From an uncultured virus (IMG/VR IMGVR_UViG_3300016471_000568) (Duplodnaviria > Heunggongvirae > Uroviricota > Caudoviricetes), in the IMG/VR virus record IMGVR_UViG_3300016471_000568: a stretch of 36,994 bases of DNA. One strand, 5' to 3'. Made by a program: the position numbers and the translations under genes. Within the stretch, counting starts at the first letter, position 1. Every line of letters begins with the position of its first letter. Under the pieces are notes generated by a model. It was not told the DNA's origin. It saw nothing but the letters and a program-made list of their open reading frames with translations, and did not search any database. Of the stretch, positions 19,056 through 28,625 are shown piece after piece.

Positions 19056-19372
19056 AACCCACAAAAAAACCACCTCGTTTTAAGAGAATTTACAAAGAAT
19101 ACAAAACAGCCACCAAGCAAGAAATTTGGGAAGGTGTCCGAGACAATTTTATCTTTGGCTTCCTGGGAGCAATACTAGTAGTGTTCATTGCAACTAAAAC
19201 CGATGTTGCAGTGTTGATTGGATATTTAACTTATTATTCATTCATGGGTCGCATTGTGAATCGACCTAAATATGTTACGGAATTGGGCAGATTGATTGTA
19301 TTTCCAGTCCCAGCAGCATTAGGAGCATTTACTGGATACAAACTCAGTTATTTTTTATTGCAATTTATTTGA
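19052..19372 (+). CDS. Membrane protein
   Basis: ATGA overlap with the GNAT gene; basic N-terminus then hydrophobic segments. Confidence 0.7.
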   Translation: MKPTKKPPRFKRIYKEYKTATKQEIWEGVRDNFIFGFLGAILVVFIATKTDVAVLIGYLTYYSFMGRIVNRPKYVTELGRLIVFPVPAALGAFTGYKLSYFLLQFI

Positions 19373-19420
19373 TTTTGGTTGGATATGTAATTGCAATTTC
19401 ATATTATATAGAAAAAGATT

Positions 19421-19591
19421 ATGGAAATTGTTTGCATTGATTTAAGACGAAACAAGTATGAATTGCGTAATGCATATGGTGAAGTTGTAACCACAGGTAC
19501 GCAAGATGAATGTTTAATAGCATTATGCGATTTAACTTATTATGAAGAACAAATGGCGTATCAACAACATTTGCGTTTAGGAGAATTTTAA
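19421..19591 (+). CDS. Hypothetical protein (56 aa)
   Basis: MEIVCIDLRRNKYELRNAYG...; directly after the promoter motif at 19379. Confidence 0.6.
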   Translation: MEIVCIDLRRNKYELRNAYGEVVTTGTQDECLIALCDLTYYEEQMAYQQHLRLGEF

Positions 19592-19597
19592 TGTTAT

Positions 19598-19669
19598 GGT
19601 CGGTTCATCTAGGGGTTAGGATACAAGATTTTCATTCTTGTCACACGGGTTCGAATCCCGTACCGACTA
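19598..19669 (+). tRNA. tRNA-Glu(UUC), CCA not encoded
   Basis: Acceptor GGTCGGT/ACCGACT, anticodon arm CAAGA-TTTTCAT-TCTTG, T arm ACGGG-TTCGAAT-CCCGT. Confidence 0.95.
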
Positions 19670-19751
19670 CGAACATGAGTAACCACCAACCCACTGGTAT
19701 TAGGCAGTTCTCAAGATGGAATGCAACAGAACATAGGACCTGCTCGAGTTC

Positions 19752-19777
19752 ACCCTGGTTTCGTGCCAGGGTTTTTT
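19752..19777 (+). terminator. Rho-independent terminator
   Basis: ACCCTGG...CCAGGGT followed by a T tract. Confidence 0.8.
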
Positions 19778-19806
19778 ACTGTACATATTTATATTAAAGG
19801 CTAGTT

Positions 19807-22245
19807 ATGAAACACGTTTACACTATTATCATGCTGTTGATTGGCATCATTGCTTATACTCAATATTGCCCAGCATTGGGACCAGACCAAATTCTTCCAT
19901 GCGGTGTTACTACCGCAACACTAACAGCAGACCTATCTCAATGTGCTCCGGGTAGTGGACCATATGGAACATCTGCTTACACAGTAACACAAATTCCTTA
20001 CGTACCGCAAGCCAACACGGGCGCATTGGTTGCATTGGGAGATGATGTTCAATCGGGTACATTTAACATTGGATTTACATTTTGTTTTTATGGATCAATA
20101 TACAATCAATTTCGAATCGGATCGAATGGTTGGATATCACTAGGTGCAGGCGTACAACCCGCAACATTTACATCACTAGCAATACCATCGGTTAATGCAG
20201 CTGTGCCAAAAAATTGCATCATGGCGCCATGGCAGGATTGGCATCCTGGAATCGGTGGTCAGGTGCGATACCAGGTTCAAGGTGTTGCTCCATGTAGGCG
20301 GTTGGTTGTAAGTTGGATTGGTGTACCAATGTACTCTTGTGTTAACTTGCAAGGTACATTTCATATTGTTATTTACGAAGCAACAAATGTAATTGAAACA
20401 TATATTGCTAATAAACCAAATTGTCCGCAATGGGCTGGTGGTACCGCTGTACACGGCATACATAATTTAACGGGCACTCAAGCAGTAACGGTTGCAGGTA
20501 GAAATTCACAACAATGGACTGCCGTTAATGATGCACGCAGATGGACTCCTGCAGGACCTCCGATCCCGCCATCACTTGTTTGGTATCAAGTAGGAAATCC
20601 AGTACCTATAGCTCAAGGAGTCAATCAAATAACCGTAACACCTCCTGCCGGCGGAGCATATTATACTTGTCATTTAGAATATGGTGCCTGCAATGCGGGT
20701 TGGTCTACGTGCAATGCAGGAGTTGGTTTAGGGCCAGACACCGTACAAGTTGTTCCAGGACCTCCAGTATTGAATCCACCTAACGTTGCAATCACTGATC
20801 CATTGTGCAACGCTTCATGTGACGGTACTGTAGTTGTTACACCGACCAACGGTACAGCTCCATACACATACAACTGGACTACGGGGCAAAACACAAACAC
20901 ACTATCAAACCTATGTGCCGGCACGTATAATGTGTTGATAACAGATGTCAACGGATGTACAGTAAATGCTTCGGCTACGCTAAACGATCCACCACTGCTG
21001 CAAGATCCGTTGATGACGTTTACTAATCCAGTGTGCGTTGGTGATTGTAACGGGACGGCAACGGCAACACCAACGGATGGAGTAGCTCCATACACGTATG
21101 CATGGAGTAATGCACAAATTACTCAAACAGCTACAATGCTATGTCAAGGTACGTATGCTGTAGTGGTGACTGATGCCAACGGCTGTACTGCTTCTAACAG
21201 TGTTACATTAACCGATCCGCCACCAGTTGTCACCGGTCCTATCACAGCATTTGATACTGTTTGTCTAGGCGAAACAGCGGCCATATATTTAGTGCCACCA
21301 CAGCCAGGTTACACATATACATGGACTTCATTGGGCAATATCACATCAGGTCAAGGTACAAATACCATTACGATTGATTGGAGTGCATTAAACGCAGGAT
21401 TAGTAAGCGGTGCTGTTCAAGTTGTTGCCACAAACCAAGTCGGATGCGTTAGTGCGCCGGTTAGTTTCGATGTATACGTATTAAATATCATACCAACTAT
21501 AGATGCTGTTGGTCCATTCTGTGTGTATGACGCAGATGTGACACTTACAGCTAATCCTGTAGGTGGAACATTTTCTGGATTAGGTGTGACGGGCAACCAA
21601 TTTGACCCAACTCAGGCAGTGGGCACAAATAATATATCATACACATATACGCAGAGTGGATGCGCGTTTACTTCATTTAGCACAATAACAGTGTATCCGC
21701 AACCCGTAATAACAAGCATTACTCCTGATGACGAGTTTATACAAATTTGCGAGGGAGATTCAGTTGCATCAACATACACTGCACAAGTGAATCTTGCTGG
21801 TACAACCGAGTGGACATTGCTAGGTAATACAACGCAATCCCCAACGCTTACTGCATCGTGGAGCTCGGCTGGAATTTATATTATACAAGCAACGCATACT
21901 GTGGATGGCTGTGTATCGCAGCCTGCAACAACAACAGTTACCGTATCTCGTTGTCCGCAATTACTATACTATGTACCAAATACATTTACACCCGATGGCA
22001 ATGAACACAATCAAACATGGCAACCTGTGTTTACTTCAGGCTTTGATCCTACAGAATTTCATTGCACGATATTCAATCGATGGGGTGAGATTATTTGGGA
22101 ATCGTATTGGCCTTATGTAGGTTGGGATGGAACGTATAATGCATTACCATGTGCAGACGGTGTATATACATACAAAATTTGGTTTGGTGATAAAAATACT
22201 GATGCAAAATATACCGTATCTGGCCACATTACATTGCTTCGTTGA
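19807..22245 (+). CDS. T9SS type-B CTD (gliding-motility-associated C-terminal domain) protein with SprB-like repeats
   Basis: Signal peptide; repeats P.C...CDG....GTAPYTY.W..G......LCAGTY.V..TD.NGC; C-terminal VPNTFTPDGNEHN..IFNRWGE..WDGTY..DGVY.Y. Confidence 0.9.
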   Translation: MKHVYTIIMLLIGIIAYTQYCPALGPDQILPCGVTTATLTADLSQCAPGSGPYGTSAYTVTQIPYVPQANTGALVALGDDVQSGTFNIGFTFCFYGSIYNQFRIGSNGWISLGAGVQPATFTSLAIPSVNAAVPKNCIMAPWQDWHPGIGGQVRYQVQGVAPCRRLVVSWIGVPMYSCVNLQGTFHIVIYEATNVIETYIANKPNCPQWAGGTAVHGIHNLTGTQAVTVAGRNSQQWTAVNDARRWTPAGPPIPPSLVWYQVGNPVPIAQGVNQITVTPPAGGAYYTCHLEYGACNAGWSTCNAGVGLGPDTVQVVPGPPVLNPPNVAITDPLCNASCDGTVVVTPTNGTAPYTYNWTTGQNTNTLSNLCAGTYNVLITDVNGCTVNASATLNDPPLLQDPLMTFTNPVCVGDCNGTATATPTDGVAPYTYAWSNAQITQTATMLCQGTYAVVVTDANGCTASNSVTLTDPPPVVTGPITAFDTVCLGETAAIYLVPPQPGYTYTWTSLGNITSGQGTNTITIDWSALNAGLVSGAVQVVATNQVGCVSAPVSFDVYVLNIIPTIDAVGPFCVYDADVTLTANPVGGTFSGLGVTGNQFDPTQAVGTNNISYTYTQSGCAFTSFSTITVYPQPVITSITPDDEFIQICEGDSVASTYTAQVNLAGTTEWTLLGNTTQSPTLTASWSSAGIYIIQATHTVDGCVSQPATTTVTVSRCPQLLYYVPNTFTPDGNEHNQTWQPVFTSGFDPTEFHCTIFNRWGEIIWESYWPYVGWDGTYNALPCADGVYTYKIWFGDKNTDAKYTVSGHITLLR

Positions 22246-22335
22246 TATTTATTATTAACTCGACCGGCCCATGGTAGATGGGGGTTTCTAAAAAGATTCT
22301 TCAAGTGAGTATCGTTTAATTTTAAAGGATACCAT

Positions 22336-24285
22336 ATGAAGAATTTTTTACTATCTGTTTTTATTTTTATTTCAAGTTTCGTTCTTTCACAATCCTGCAC
22401 ACACACGTTGCATATGACCGACACATGGGGTGATGGTTGGAATGGTAATCGTGCTTCAGTATCAGTCAATGGAATTACGGTTGTTTCCAACGTTACCTTA
22501 GGTGGTGGTTATGGACCCGCAACCGTAACATTCACAGCAGCTGCTGGGGCTACAATTCGTGTTTGGCGTTCCATTACTGGCTCCTATTCATACGAATGTC
22601 AGATTCGAGTAACTAGTAGTACGGGTGCTACAGTAATTGCATTACAAACACTACAAACCGGTGGATCATCATTTGGTGGTTCTATTGGTACAGCACAATG
22701 CAGTGGTGGTGGTGGAGGTGGCGGAGGTACACTAATTCCCTATAACGGTTCCAATAGTGTTGCTTGTGGAACAAACACAACGCTTTATGATCATGGAGGT
22801 CAGTTTGGAAGCTACTCTAACTATGCCAATGGATTCACAGTTTTGAATAATGCCGGTGGTGCCGTAATCTCAGTCAGTGGATCTACCTCAGGTGAGTCTT
22901 GTTGTGACTGGGTGCGAATCTACTCCGGAAGCGGAACGGGTGGTACAATACTTGGCACCTGGCAAATGGGTTCATTTGTTTCTTATACATCAGCACCGGG
23001 ACAAACTGTTACTGTGCAGTTTTATTCAGATGTTTCAATTACGGGTTCAGGTATTGCTTTGAATGTAACATACACGGGCAGTTGCGTACCTCCTCCACCT
23101 CCAACTAATCCTACATCAGTATCAGCCAGCTTTATGTCAGTGTGTAGTGGTTTCTCAACAACACTCACTGCAAACGGAGCAATAGGTACTGTGTACTGGT
23201 ATGCAGGTGGTTGTGGTTCTACTTACATTGGCACAGGAAATTCCATCTCTGTTGCTCCGACATCAACAACTACATACTATGCAAGAAACTATAACAACAA
23301 TCAATTCAGTGCAGGATGTGCAGCTGCAACAATCACCGTTAATCCGATGCCCTCTGTTAGTATTGCTCCGAGCATTAACCCAATATGCGCAGGATCATCT
23401 ACTCAACTTGTTAGCACGGTGACCGGATTGCCTGCAGGAGCTCCTATTACATACACATGGTCACCTAATGTTAATCTAACAAATACATCAGCACCTAGTC
23501 CGTGGGCATCACCCAATGCCACACAAAGCTATACACTCACCATTTCATCAAATGGATGCAATGCATCAACTAACACCAGTGTTACTGTCAATCCTAGTGT
23601 CCCAGCAGTAAGCAGTGTGACAGGAAACAACAATATCATTGCAGGTACCTCTGAGACATACTCGATTACACCGATAGCAGGAGTTACTTATGCTTGGTCA
23701 TACACACAAACAATGTCTGCTCCGTTGTGGACGAATATACCAAATTCCAATTCGCCAACCATAACATTCACATGGCCACAAACAACCACTAATGGTGCTG
23801 TGCGAGTTACAGTTTCAAATGCTGCCGGATGCAATACACAAACACAGCAATTTCTAATCATAACAATGGGCGCACTACCAATTGAATTGTTGTACTTTTC
23901 TGGTAAAAAAGTAGCTGCAGATAATTTAATATATTGGGCAACTGCTACTGAACACAATACAACTCACTTTGTAGTGGAAAAAAGCGAGAATGGAGTAACA
24001 TGGTTTGAACTAGCAACAGTTGCAGCCGCAGGCAATTCAACTCAAGAACTTCATTATGATGTTACAGATGCCGCAGTTAAACCTACGTACAATTATTACA
24101 GACTGACTCAGTATGACGTCGACGGAGCATATGAAGTGTTTGATCCTATAGTAATCAACAATAAATCAAGTATTCGAATAGTATCTCGGCGCACTAATTT
24201 GTTAGGACAGGATATTGATGAATTGGCAACGGGCATTGTTATCGAAATATATGAAAATGGTGAAGTCGTAAAAACAATCAAATAA
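22336..24285 (+). CDS. Secreted Bacteroidota-type surface protein with CUB-like and Ig-like domains and a short type-A-like CTD
   Basis: Signal peptide; DTWGDGWNG; LYDHGG..ESCCDWVRIY..FYSD.S..GSG; LPIELLYF..WATATEHN..YYRLTQYDVDG; terminal NLLGQ..G......ENG...K. Confidence 0.8.
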   Translation: MKNFLLSVFIFISSFVLSQSCTHTLHMTDTWGDGWNGNRASVSVNGITVVSNVTLGGGYGPATVTFTAAAGATIRVWRSITGSYSYECQIRVTSSTGATVIALQTLQTGGSSFGGSIGTAQCSGGGGGGGGTLIPYNGSNSVACGTNTTLYDHGGQFGSYSNYANGFTVLNNAGGAVISVSGSTSGESCCDWVRIYSGSGTGGTILGTWQMGSFVSYTSAPGQTVTVQFYSDVSITGSGIALNVTYTGSCVPPPPPTNPTSVSASFMSVCSGFSTTLTANGAIGTVYWYAGGCGSTYIGTGNSISVAPTSTTTYYARNYNNNQFSAGCAAATITVNPMPSVSIAPSINPICAGSSTQLVSTVTGLPAGAPITYTWSPNVNLTNTSAPSPWASPNATQSYTLTISSNGCNASTNTSVTVNPSVPAVSSVTGNNNIIAGTSETYSITPIAGVTYAWSYTQTMSAPLWTNIPNSNSPTITFTWPQTTTNGAVRVTVSNAAGCNTQTQQFLIITMGALPIELLYFSGKKVAADNLIYWATATEHNTTHFVVEKSENGVTWFELATVAAAGNSTQELHYDVTDAAVKPTYNYYRLTQYDVDGAYEVFDPIVINNKSSIRIVSRRTNLLGQDIDELATGIVIEIYENGEVVKTIK

Positions 24286-24357
24286 TTTGGATGTTAAATT
24301 TATTTTCTATATATTTATTTATATAAGTTGTAAATTTGTTATATGTAGGATATTGTT

Positions 24358-24570
24358 ATGAAAATAGAAATACTTGCAAGGTATGCTGAATCAGGAAGTT
24401 ACTACAAACTTCAATCAATTGATTTTGATAAACTTTCAGACATCATGATGTTTCCGCGTGAAGTATTTGCTTATGTTGACAATGTGCGCGTTGCATTTCC
24501 AAGAGAGGAATATGATGCAGCAGTACAAGAATATGTTAATCATAAAAACGTAACAGGCAATCCAATATGA
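24358..24570 (+). CDS. Hypothetical protein
   Basis: ORF with promoter-like motifs upstream. Confidence 0.65.
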   Translation: MKIEILARYAESGSYYKLQSIDFDKLSDIMMFPREVFAYVDNVRVAFPREEYDAAVQEYVNHKNVTGNPI

Positions 24571-24665
24571 AACATTTAATGATACTGCTTGTTGTGATGT
24601 GTTGCACGCTTGCCGCATGTCGCTCATCGAAAGCTTCTTGCGATGCATATTCGCAGGTACGATAA
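24567..24665 (+). CDS. 32-aa mini-lipoprotein
   Basis: MKHLMILLVVMCCTLAA-CRSSKASCDAYSQVR: lipobox LAAC, ATGA coupling to the upstream gene. Confidence 0.65.
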   Translation: MKHLMILLVVMCCTLAACRSSKASCDAYSQVR

Positions 24666-24706
24666 CCAACCCAACACGGGAGTTCTTTGACATACGGAGG
24701 AAACTT

Positions 24707-25072
24707 ATGGAAACACTAAATTTCATTTTTGGAGTACTAATAACGGTTTTGGTGGCGATTGCTGCTATTGCTGTATATAGTACTGTGAAGGTATTAAAAT
24801 TACAAAAACAATCAGAAACAACAGATCGTTACAACAACGACCAATTTTCTAATTTATACAGAAACGTTGGTCATGAATATGAAGAATTGCGAAGACAATT
24901 ACACAATGAAATTCGCAATGTTAACGAAGCAATGGAACGAAATGACCAAGCAATGTGGCGCCGTACGGATGAATTAAATTCATACGTAGATCGTCGATTT
25001 GACAAGCTGATAGACACATACATGTTGGTTAAAGAAACCGAACAGGAATCAAAAAAAATAATTAAAGGATAA
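24707..25072 (+). CDS. N-terminal TM plus coiled-coil protein
   Basis: GGAGG upstream of ATG 24707; TM segment then heptad-like region. Confidence 0.8.
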   Translation: METLNFIFGVLITVLVAIAAIAVYSTVKVLKLQKQSETTDRYNNDQFSNLYRNVGHEYEELRRQLHNEIRNVNEAMERNDQAMWRRTDELNSYVDRRFDKLIDTYMLVKETEQESKKIIKG

Positions 25073-25136
25073 ACAAAGTTTCTTTCGTGTTGGTTGGATT
25101 ATTGTATACATTTTTCTATATTATAGAAAAAGAGTC

Positions 25137-25457
25137 ATGAAGCGTAAAAGAAATTTTCAAACCAAATTGTATCTTGCTTTACGTCAACTAGGAATGCTTT
25201 GCAAGAAGCCACGACAAGAACCTAGAAAATTAAGACTTTCAATGACAGTTCATGCTGATGGTAGCATAACAAAGTATGATGGTCCAATTGATGCAGTTCC
25301 TGCTAACACGCATTCATTGCAATCACAAATAGGTGCATTCTTAGCAGATAAAAAAGTATCAAAATCAGGTTGTAAATTTGATGTTTCTTCACAAACTTGT
25401 GTTTGCGGACATTCACTTAATGATTTTTTAACAAAAACATGTAACAATAAAAAATAA
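25137..25457 (+). CDS. Hypothetical protein
   Basis: ORF after the promoter motif at 25094; four C-terminal Cys. Confidence 0.65.
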   Translation: MKRKRNFQTKLYLALRQLGMLCKKPRQEPRKLRLSMTVHADGSITKYDGPIDAVPANTHSLQSQIGAFLADKKVSKSGCKFDVSSQTCVCGHSLNDFLTKTCNNKK

Positions 25458-25462
25458 GAGAT

Positions 25463-25627
25463 ATGACATTAGCATTTTTTGGAATTCCGTTAGCAGTAGC
25501 TTGCGTAATTAGATTGATAAAAGGATTAAAGGAACCACAATCAGATTTGTTAATAGAATCAATGTTGTTTGTAGGAACGGCAGGATATTCTTGTGCAATT
25601 TGGTTGTTAATTAACATAATATCATAA
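25463..25627 (+). CDS. Small membrane protein (54 aa)
   Basis: AATAAGAGAT leader; fills the gap exactly. Confidence 0.6.
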   Translation: MTLAFFGIPLAVACVIRLIKGLKEPQSDLLIESMLFVGTAGYSCAIWLLINIIS

Positions 25628-25628
25628 C

Positions 25629-25886
25629 ATGAATACAGACAATTTAACACCGGAACAGCAAGAACAGTATGCAGCATTCTTGCAAGAATTTATGAAAAAC
25701 GTAGATCCAACAGATTATTTACCGCCATCAAAACGCGAAATTGCCAAGATGGACATGGATACATTGAAACAAGAATACGAAATGGTACAAAACAAAACAT
25801 CGCAACGCAGCAGTACGCAGCGTGCATTGATTACACAACGATATGAATACGAACAAACAAAACAACAACAAAATGAACAAAATTGA
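25629..25886 (+). CDS. Hypothetical protein
   Basis: ORF in a packed run. Confidence 0.65.
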   Translation: MNTDNLTPEQQEQYAAFLQEFMKNVDPTDYLPPSKREIAKMDMDTLKQEYEMVQNKTSQRSSTQRALITQRYEYEQTKQQQNEQN

Positions 25887-26100
25887 ATTTTATTTAGCAG
25901 CCATAGGCATCGTACTTGGTATCGCAATTGGTTGTGTAATATCAACGTATGTTATTAAAAAACACGATGAATGCCAATATCTTGAACAAGAAAATCAGCT
26001 GCTTCGAAACATGTTAATTGAACAACAAGATCCATATCGTCCCGATACACTAACACAGCCAAATCAAATAGACAGTTGCGATCTTTGTTGCGATTTTTAA
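25873..26100 (+). CDS. Hypothetical protein with N-terminal TM segment
   Basis: MNKIEFYLAAIGIVLGIAIG... Confidence 0.6.
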   Translation: MNKIEFYLAAIGIVLGIAIGCVISTYVIKKHDECQYLEQENQLLRNMLIEQQDPYRPDTLTQPNQIDSCDLCCDF

Positions 26101-26117
26101 GTTAAAAAATAAAACAT

Positions 26118-26321
26118 ATGATACGAAAATTTTTTAGACTTGTTTTTTATTACGGTGTTGCAATTATATTCTGCCTAATAGGTACAATTTCTATTAACAT
26201 GTATTTGACTGAAGAAGTTTCATTGATGTCAGTGTTTGGTATTATAGGCGGATTGATATTGATCCAACCGGCAATAACCGGTTATGCAAAAAAGATTAAA
26301 GATTTCTTTGAAATTGAATAA
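26118..26321 (+). CDS. Small 2-TM protein
   Basis: Hydrophobic ORF. Confidence 0.6.
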   Translation: MIRKFFRLVFYYGVAIIFCLIGTISINMYLTEEVSLMSVFGIIGGLILIQPAITGYAKKIKDFFEIE

Positions 26322-26341
26322 CGTGTTCATATATTATCATT

Positions 26342-26990
26342 ATGAAAATTACCTTTATATCCGATACGCATACGCGACATCATGAAATTGAAGCAGATCT
26401 TCCTGGCGGAGATTTACTTATACATGCAGGCGATTTCATGAATTCTGGACATCACAAAGAAGATGCTCAACATTTCTTTGAGTGGCTCAATGGTATCAAT
26501 GGATACGATAAAAAAATATTTATTGCTGGCAATCATGATCGAATCATGGAAACAAATTCACCATGGGCCAAAACAGAATTAGCTAAATTTTCAACAATTG
26601 ATTATTTGCAAGATGAAAGTTATGCGTTATACGATATAGACGGGGACCAAAGCATTAAAATTTATGGTTCACCATGGCAACCTGAATTTTTTAATTGGGC
26701 GTTTAATTTGCCTCGCAACGGCAAAGAAATNNNNNNNNNNNNNNNNNNNNNNNNNNNNNNNNNNNNNNNNNNNNNNNNNNNNNNNNNNNNNNNNNNNNNN
26801 NNNNNNNNNNNNNNNNNNNNNNNNNNNNNNNNNNNNNNNNNNNNNNNNNNNNNNNNNNNNNNNNNNNNNNNNNNNNNNNNNNNNNNNNNNNNNNNNNNNN
26901 NNNNNNNNNNNNNNNNNNNNNNNNNNNNNNNNNNNNNNNNNNNNNNNNGAATGGAACCCAACAACAAATGAAATAACATGGGTCAAATAA
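26342..26990 (+). CDS. Calcineurin-like metallophosphoesterase (spans the assembly gap)
   Basis: ISDTH, HAGDF, AGNHD and YGSPWQPEFFNWAF; probable C-terminus EWNPTTNEITWVK after the gap, in another frame because the gap length is only an estimate. Confidence 0.85.
26731..26948. other. Assembly gap (run of N)
   Basis: Seen directly. Confidence 1.
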
Positions 26991-27111
26991 CACCATATAC
27001 TCCATATATATTAGCTGCAGTATGCTTGATAATTGGACTATGTTTTTTTAAACGTTGCGATGATTAAATTTGGTTTGTAACGTTTTTTTCACTATTTTAA
27101 TAAAAAAGTAT

Positions 27112-27423
27112 ATGGCAAAGAGATTAACAAGACAACAAAAAGAAGAAAAGGCAGTAGTTGATCTAATTAACGAAATGTTTTGCATTGCTGGGCATGCGGT
27201 AACATACGATGACGTTAAAGATCGCAAAGATAACTGGTTCAATGATTGGACAATGACAATGGATCAAAGCGATGAATGGATACAGTGGGGTAAAAAATAT
27301 CTCATGAAAACATTTAGATATCCAGCTAAGTATGCTGAACGCGAAATGCAGTGGATCCATTTAATGTGGGGACTTAAATTTTCAGATTATGATAAATTGT
27401 ATGCAACCGAAAAAACAACTTAA
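27112..27423 (+). CDS. Hypothetical protein
   Basis: MAKRLTRQQKEE...; A-rich leader. Confidence 0.7.
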   Translation: MAKRLTRQQKEEKAVVDLINEMFCIAGHAVTYDDVKDRKDNWFNDWTMTMDQSDEWIQWGKKYLMKTFRYPAKYAEREMQWIHLMWGLKFSDYDKLYATEKTT

Positions 27424-27434
27424 TAATTAAAAAA

Positions 27435-27734
27435 ATGAAATTCACTGACTTAAAATTTAAACCATCCCAACATGGAGGGTTTGGTTCACACACGGAAATT
27501 AACGGACATGTTCTTTCCGTTCAATGCGGAGAACGAAGTTATTGTAGACCCCGAGAAGATCTCGAATCGCTAGAAGACTATGACACCTTTGAAGTTGCTA
27601 TCTGGGAAGCAGCTGGTAATCGAGTGTGGTGCACTCAAAGATTTGCTGATACTGACGATGATGTACTCGGTTGGGCATCTCGTGAAGAAATTGAAAAAAT
27701 AATAGAAAACATACTTAATTATTCAGCTGTATAA
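27435..27734 (+). CDS. Hypothetical protein
   Basis: ORF; FEVAIW..DDVLGW pattern. Confidence 0.7.
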   Translation: MKFTDLKFKPSQHGGFGSHTEINGHVLSVQCGERSYCRPREDLESLEDYDTFEVAIWEAAGNRVWCTQRFADTDDDVLGWASREEIEKIIENILNYSAV

Positions 27735-27778
27735 TTTGGATAATTGAAATCAATTTCATATCTTAAAGAAAAAGAGTT

Positions 27779-28138
27779 ATGAAAGTTAGAATCAACAACA
27801 TCGAGTGCCGTTTCAGTCAAGGGCGTTATGAAATAGTTAAATGGTCTCCAAATGGATATTACAATAAACAAGAAGAATACTTGGCCGATGGATGGGAATT
27901 AGACGGTGGTTTCTTTCGCCGAAATAACGTTAGCATACAAGCATCAATATTTGATTTACCGGAACATTGTCATACCGTAGCAACAATGCATTATGATGCA
28001 AGTGAAGGATGTTGTGATATGAAGACAGTAGGTCCGCGTTTGTTAGACTTAGATCTAAATGACCGTAAAGATTTCTTTACGGTTTATGAATTATCAGAAG
28101 AAAGAATACGAGAAGAAAATAAAACAATTGATGAATAA
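27779..28138 (+). CDS. Hypothetical protein
   Basis: ORF after the promoter motif at 27737. Confidence 0.7.
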   Translation: MKVRINNIECRFSQGRYEIVKWSPNGYYNKQEEYLADGWELDGGFFRRNNVSIQASIFDLPEHCHTVATMHYDASEGCCDMKTVGPRLLDLDLNDRKDFFTVYELSEERIREENKTIDE

Positions 28139-28598
28139 ATTTAGTTATCTTAAAGCATTTTGTTCTCCATTCAAACGACCAAAATTGAAATGGTACTTTG
28201 GTAAGATTGCTATTGGAACTCCTTATTTTTTTCCACGAAGAACCATTAAGGATCCAGATAAACCAGGATATCTAAAATTTGTTCCTAAAAAGATTGGATT
28301 TGATTTTGTTGGATTGGGATGGAAAACCAAATGGACTTCAACTGATTATCGTTTTGAATGGGCTCCTGTTTGGTCATTTGTTTTCTTTGGAAAGCAGATA
28401 GCAGTTTCGTTTATTGCTCCGGAACAAGATCATTACTGGGAAGCTTGGTTATATTATATGCACAACACAACGGGTACTCGAAAACAAAGAATTGCCAAAT
28501 GCAGATCGGAGTTTCCATTGAAGTATATCCGATATAATGAGGATGATGAACGGTCAATAGATTACTATGATTTGATATTAAAACGCAAATACAAATAA
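28131..28598 (+). CDS. Hypothetical protein (aromatic and basic)
   Basis: ORF overlapping the upstream stop. Confidence 0.7.
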   Translation: MNKFSYLKAFCSPFKRPKLKWYFGKIAIGTPYFFPRRTIKDPDKPGYLKFVPKKIGFDFVGLGWKTKWTSTDYRFEWAPVWSFVFFGKQIAVSFIAPEQDHYWEAWLYYMHNTTGTRKQRIAKCRSEFPLKYIRYNEDDERSIDYYDLILKRKYK

Positions 28599-28625
28599 CA
28601 ACGAAACATTTAAACAACAAAAACA

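Noticed and set aside
19591..19797. 68-aa ORF in the track
   Set aside because: Overlaps tRNA-Glu and runs through a terminator.
22254..22335. Riboswitch upstream of the second T9SS cargo gene
   Set aside because: Only short stems (CCCAT/ATGGG, ACTC/GAGT) and no recognisable aptamer consensus.
26662..27005. ORFs spanning the N run and an apparent frameshift in the phosphoesterase
   Set aside because: Artefacts of the estimated gap length.
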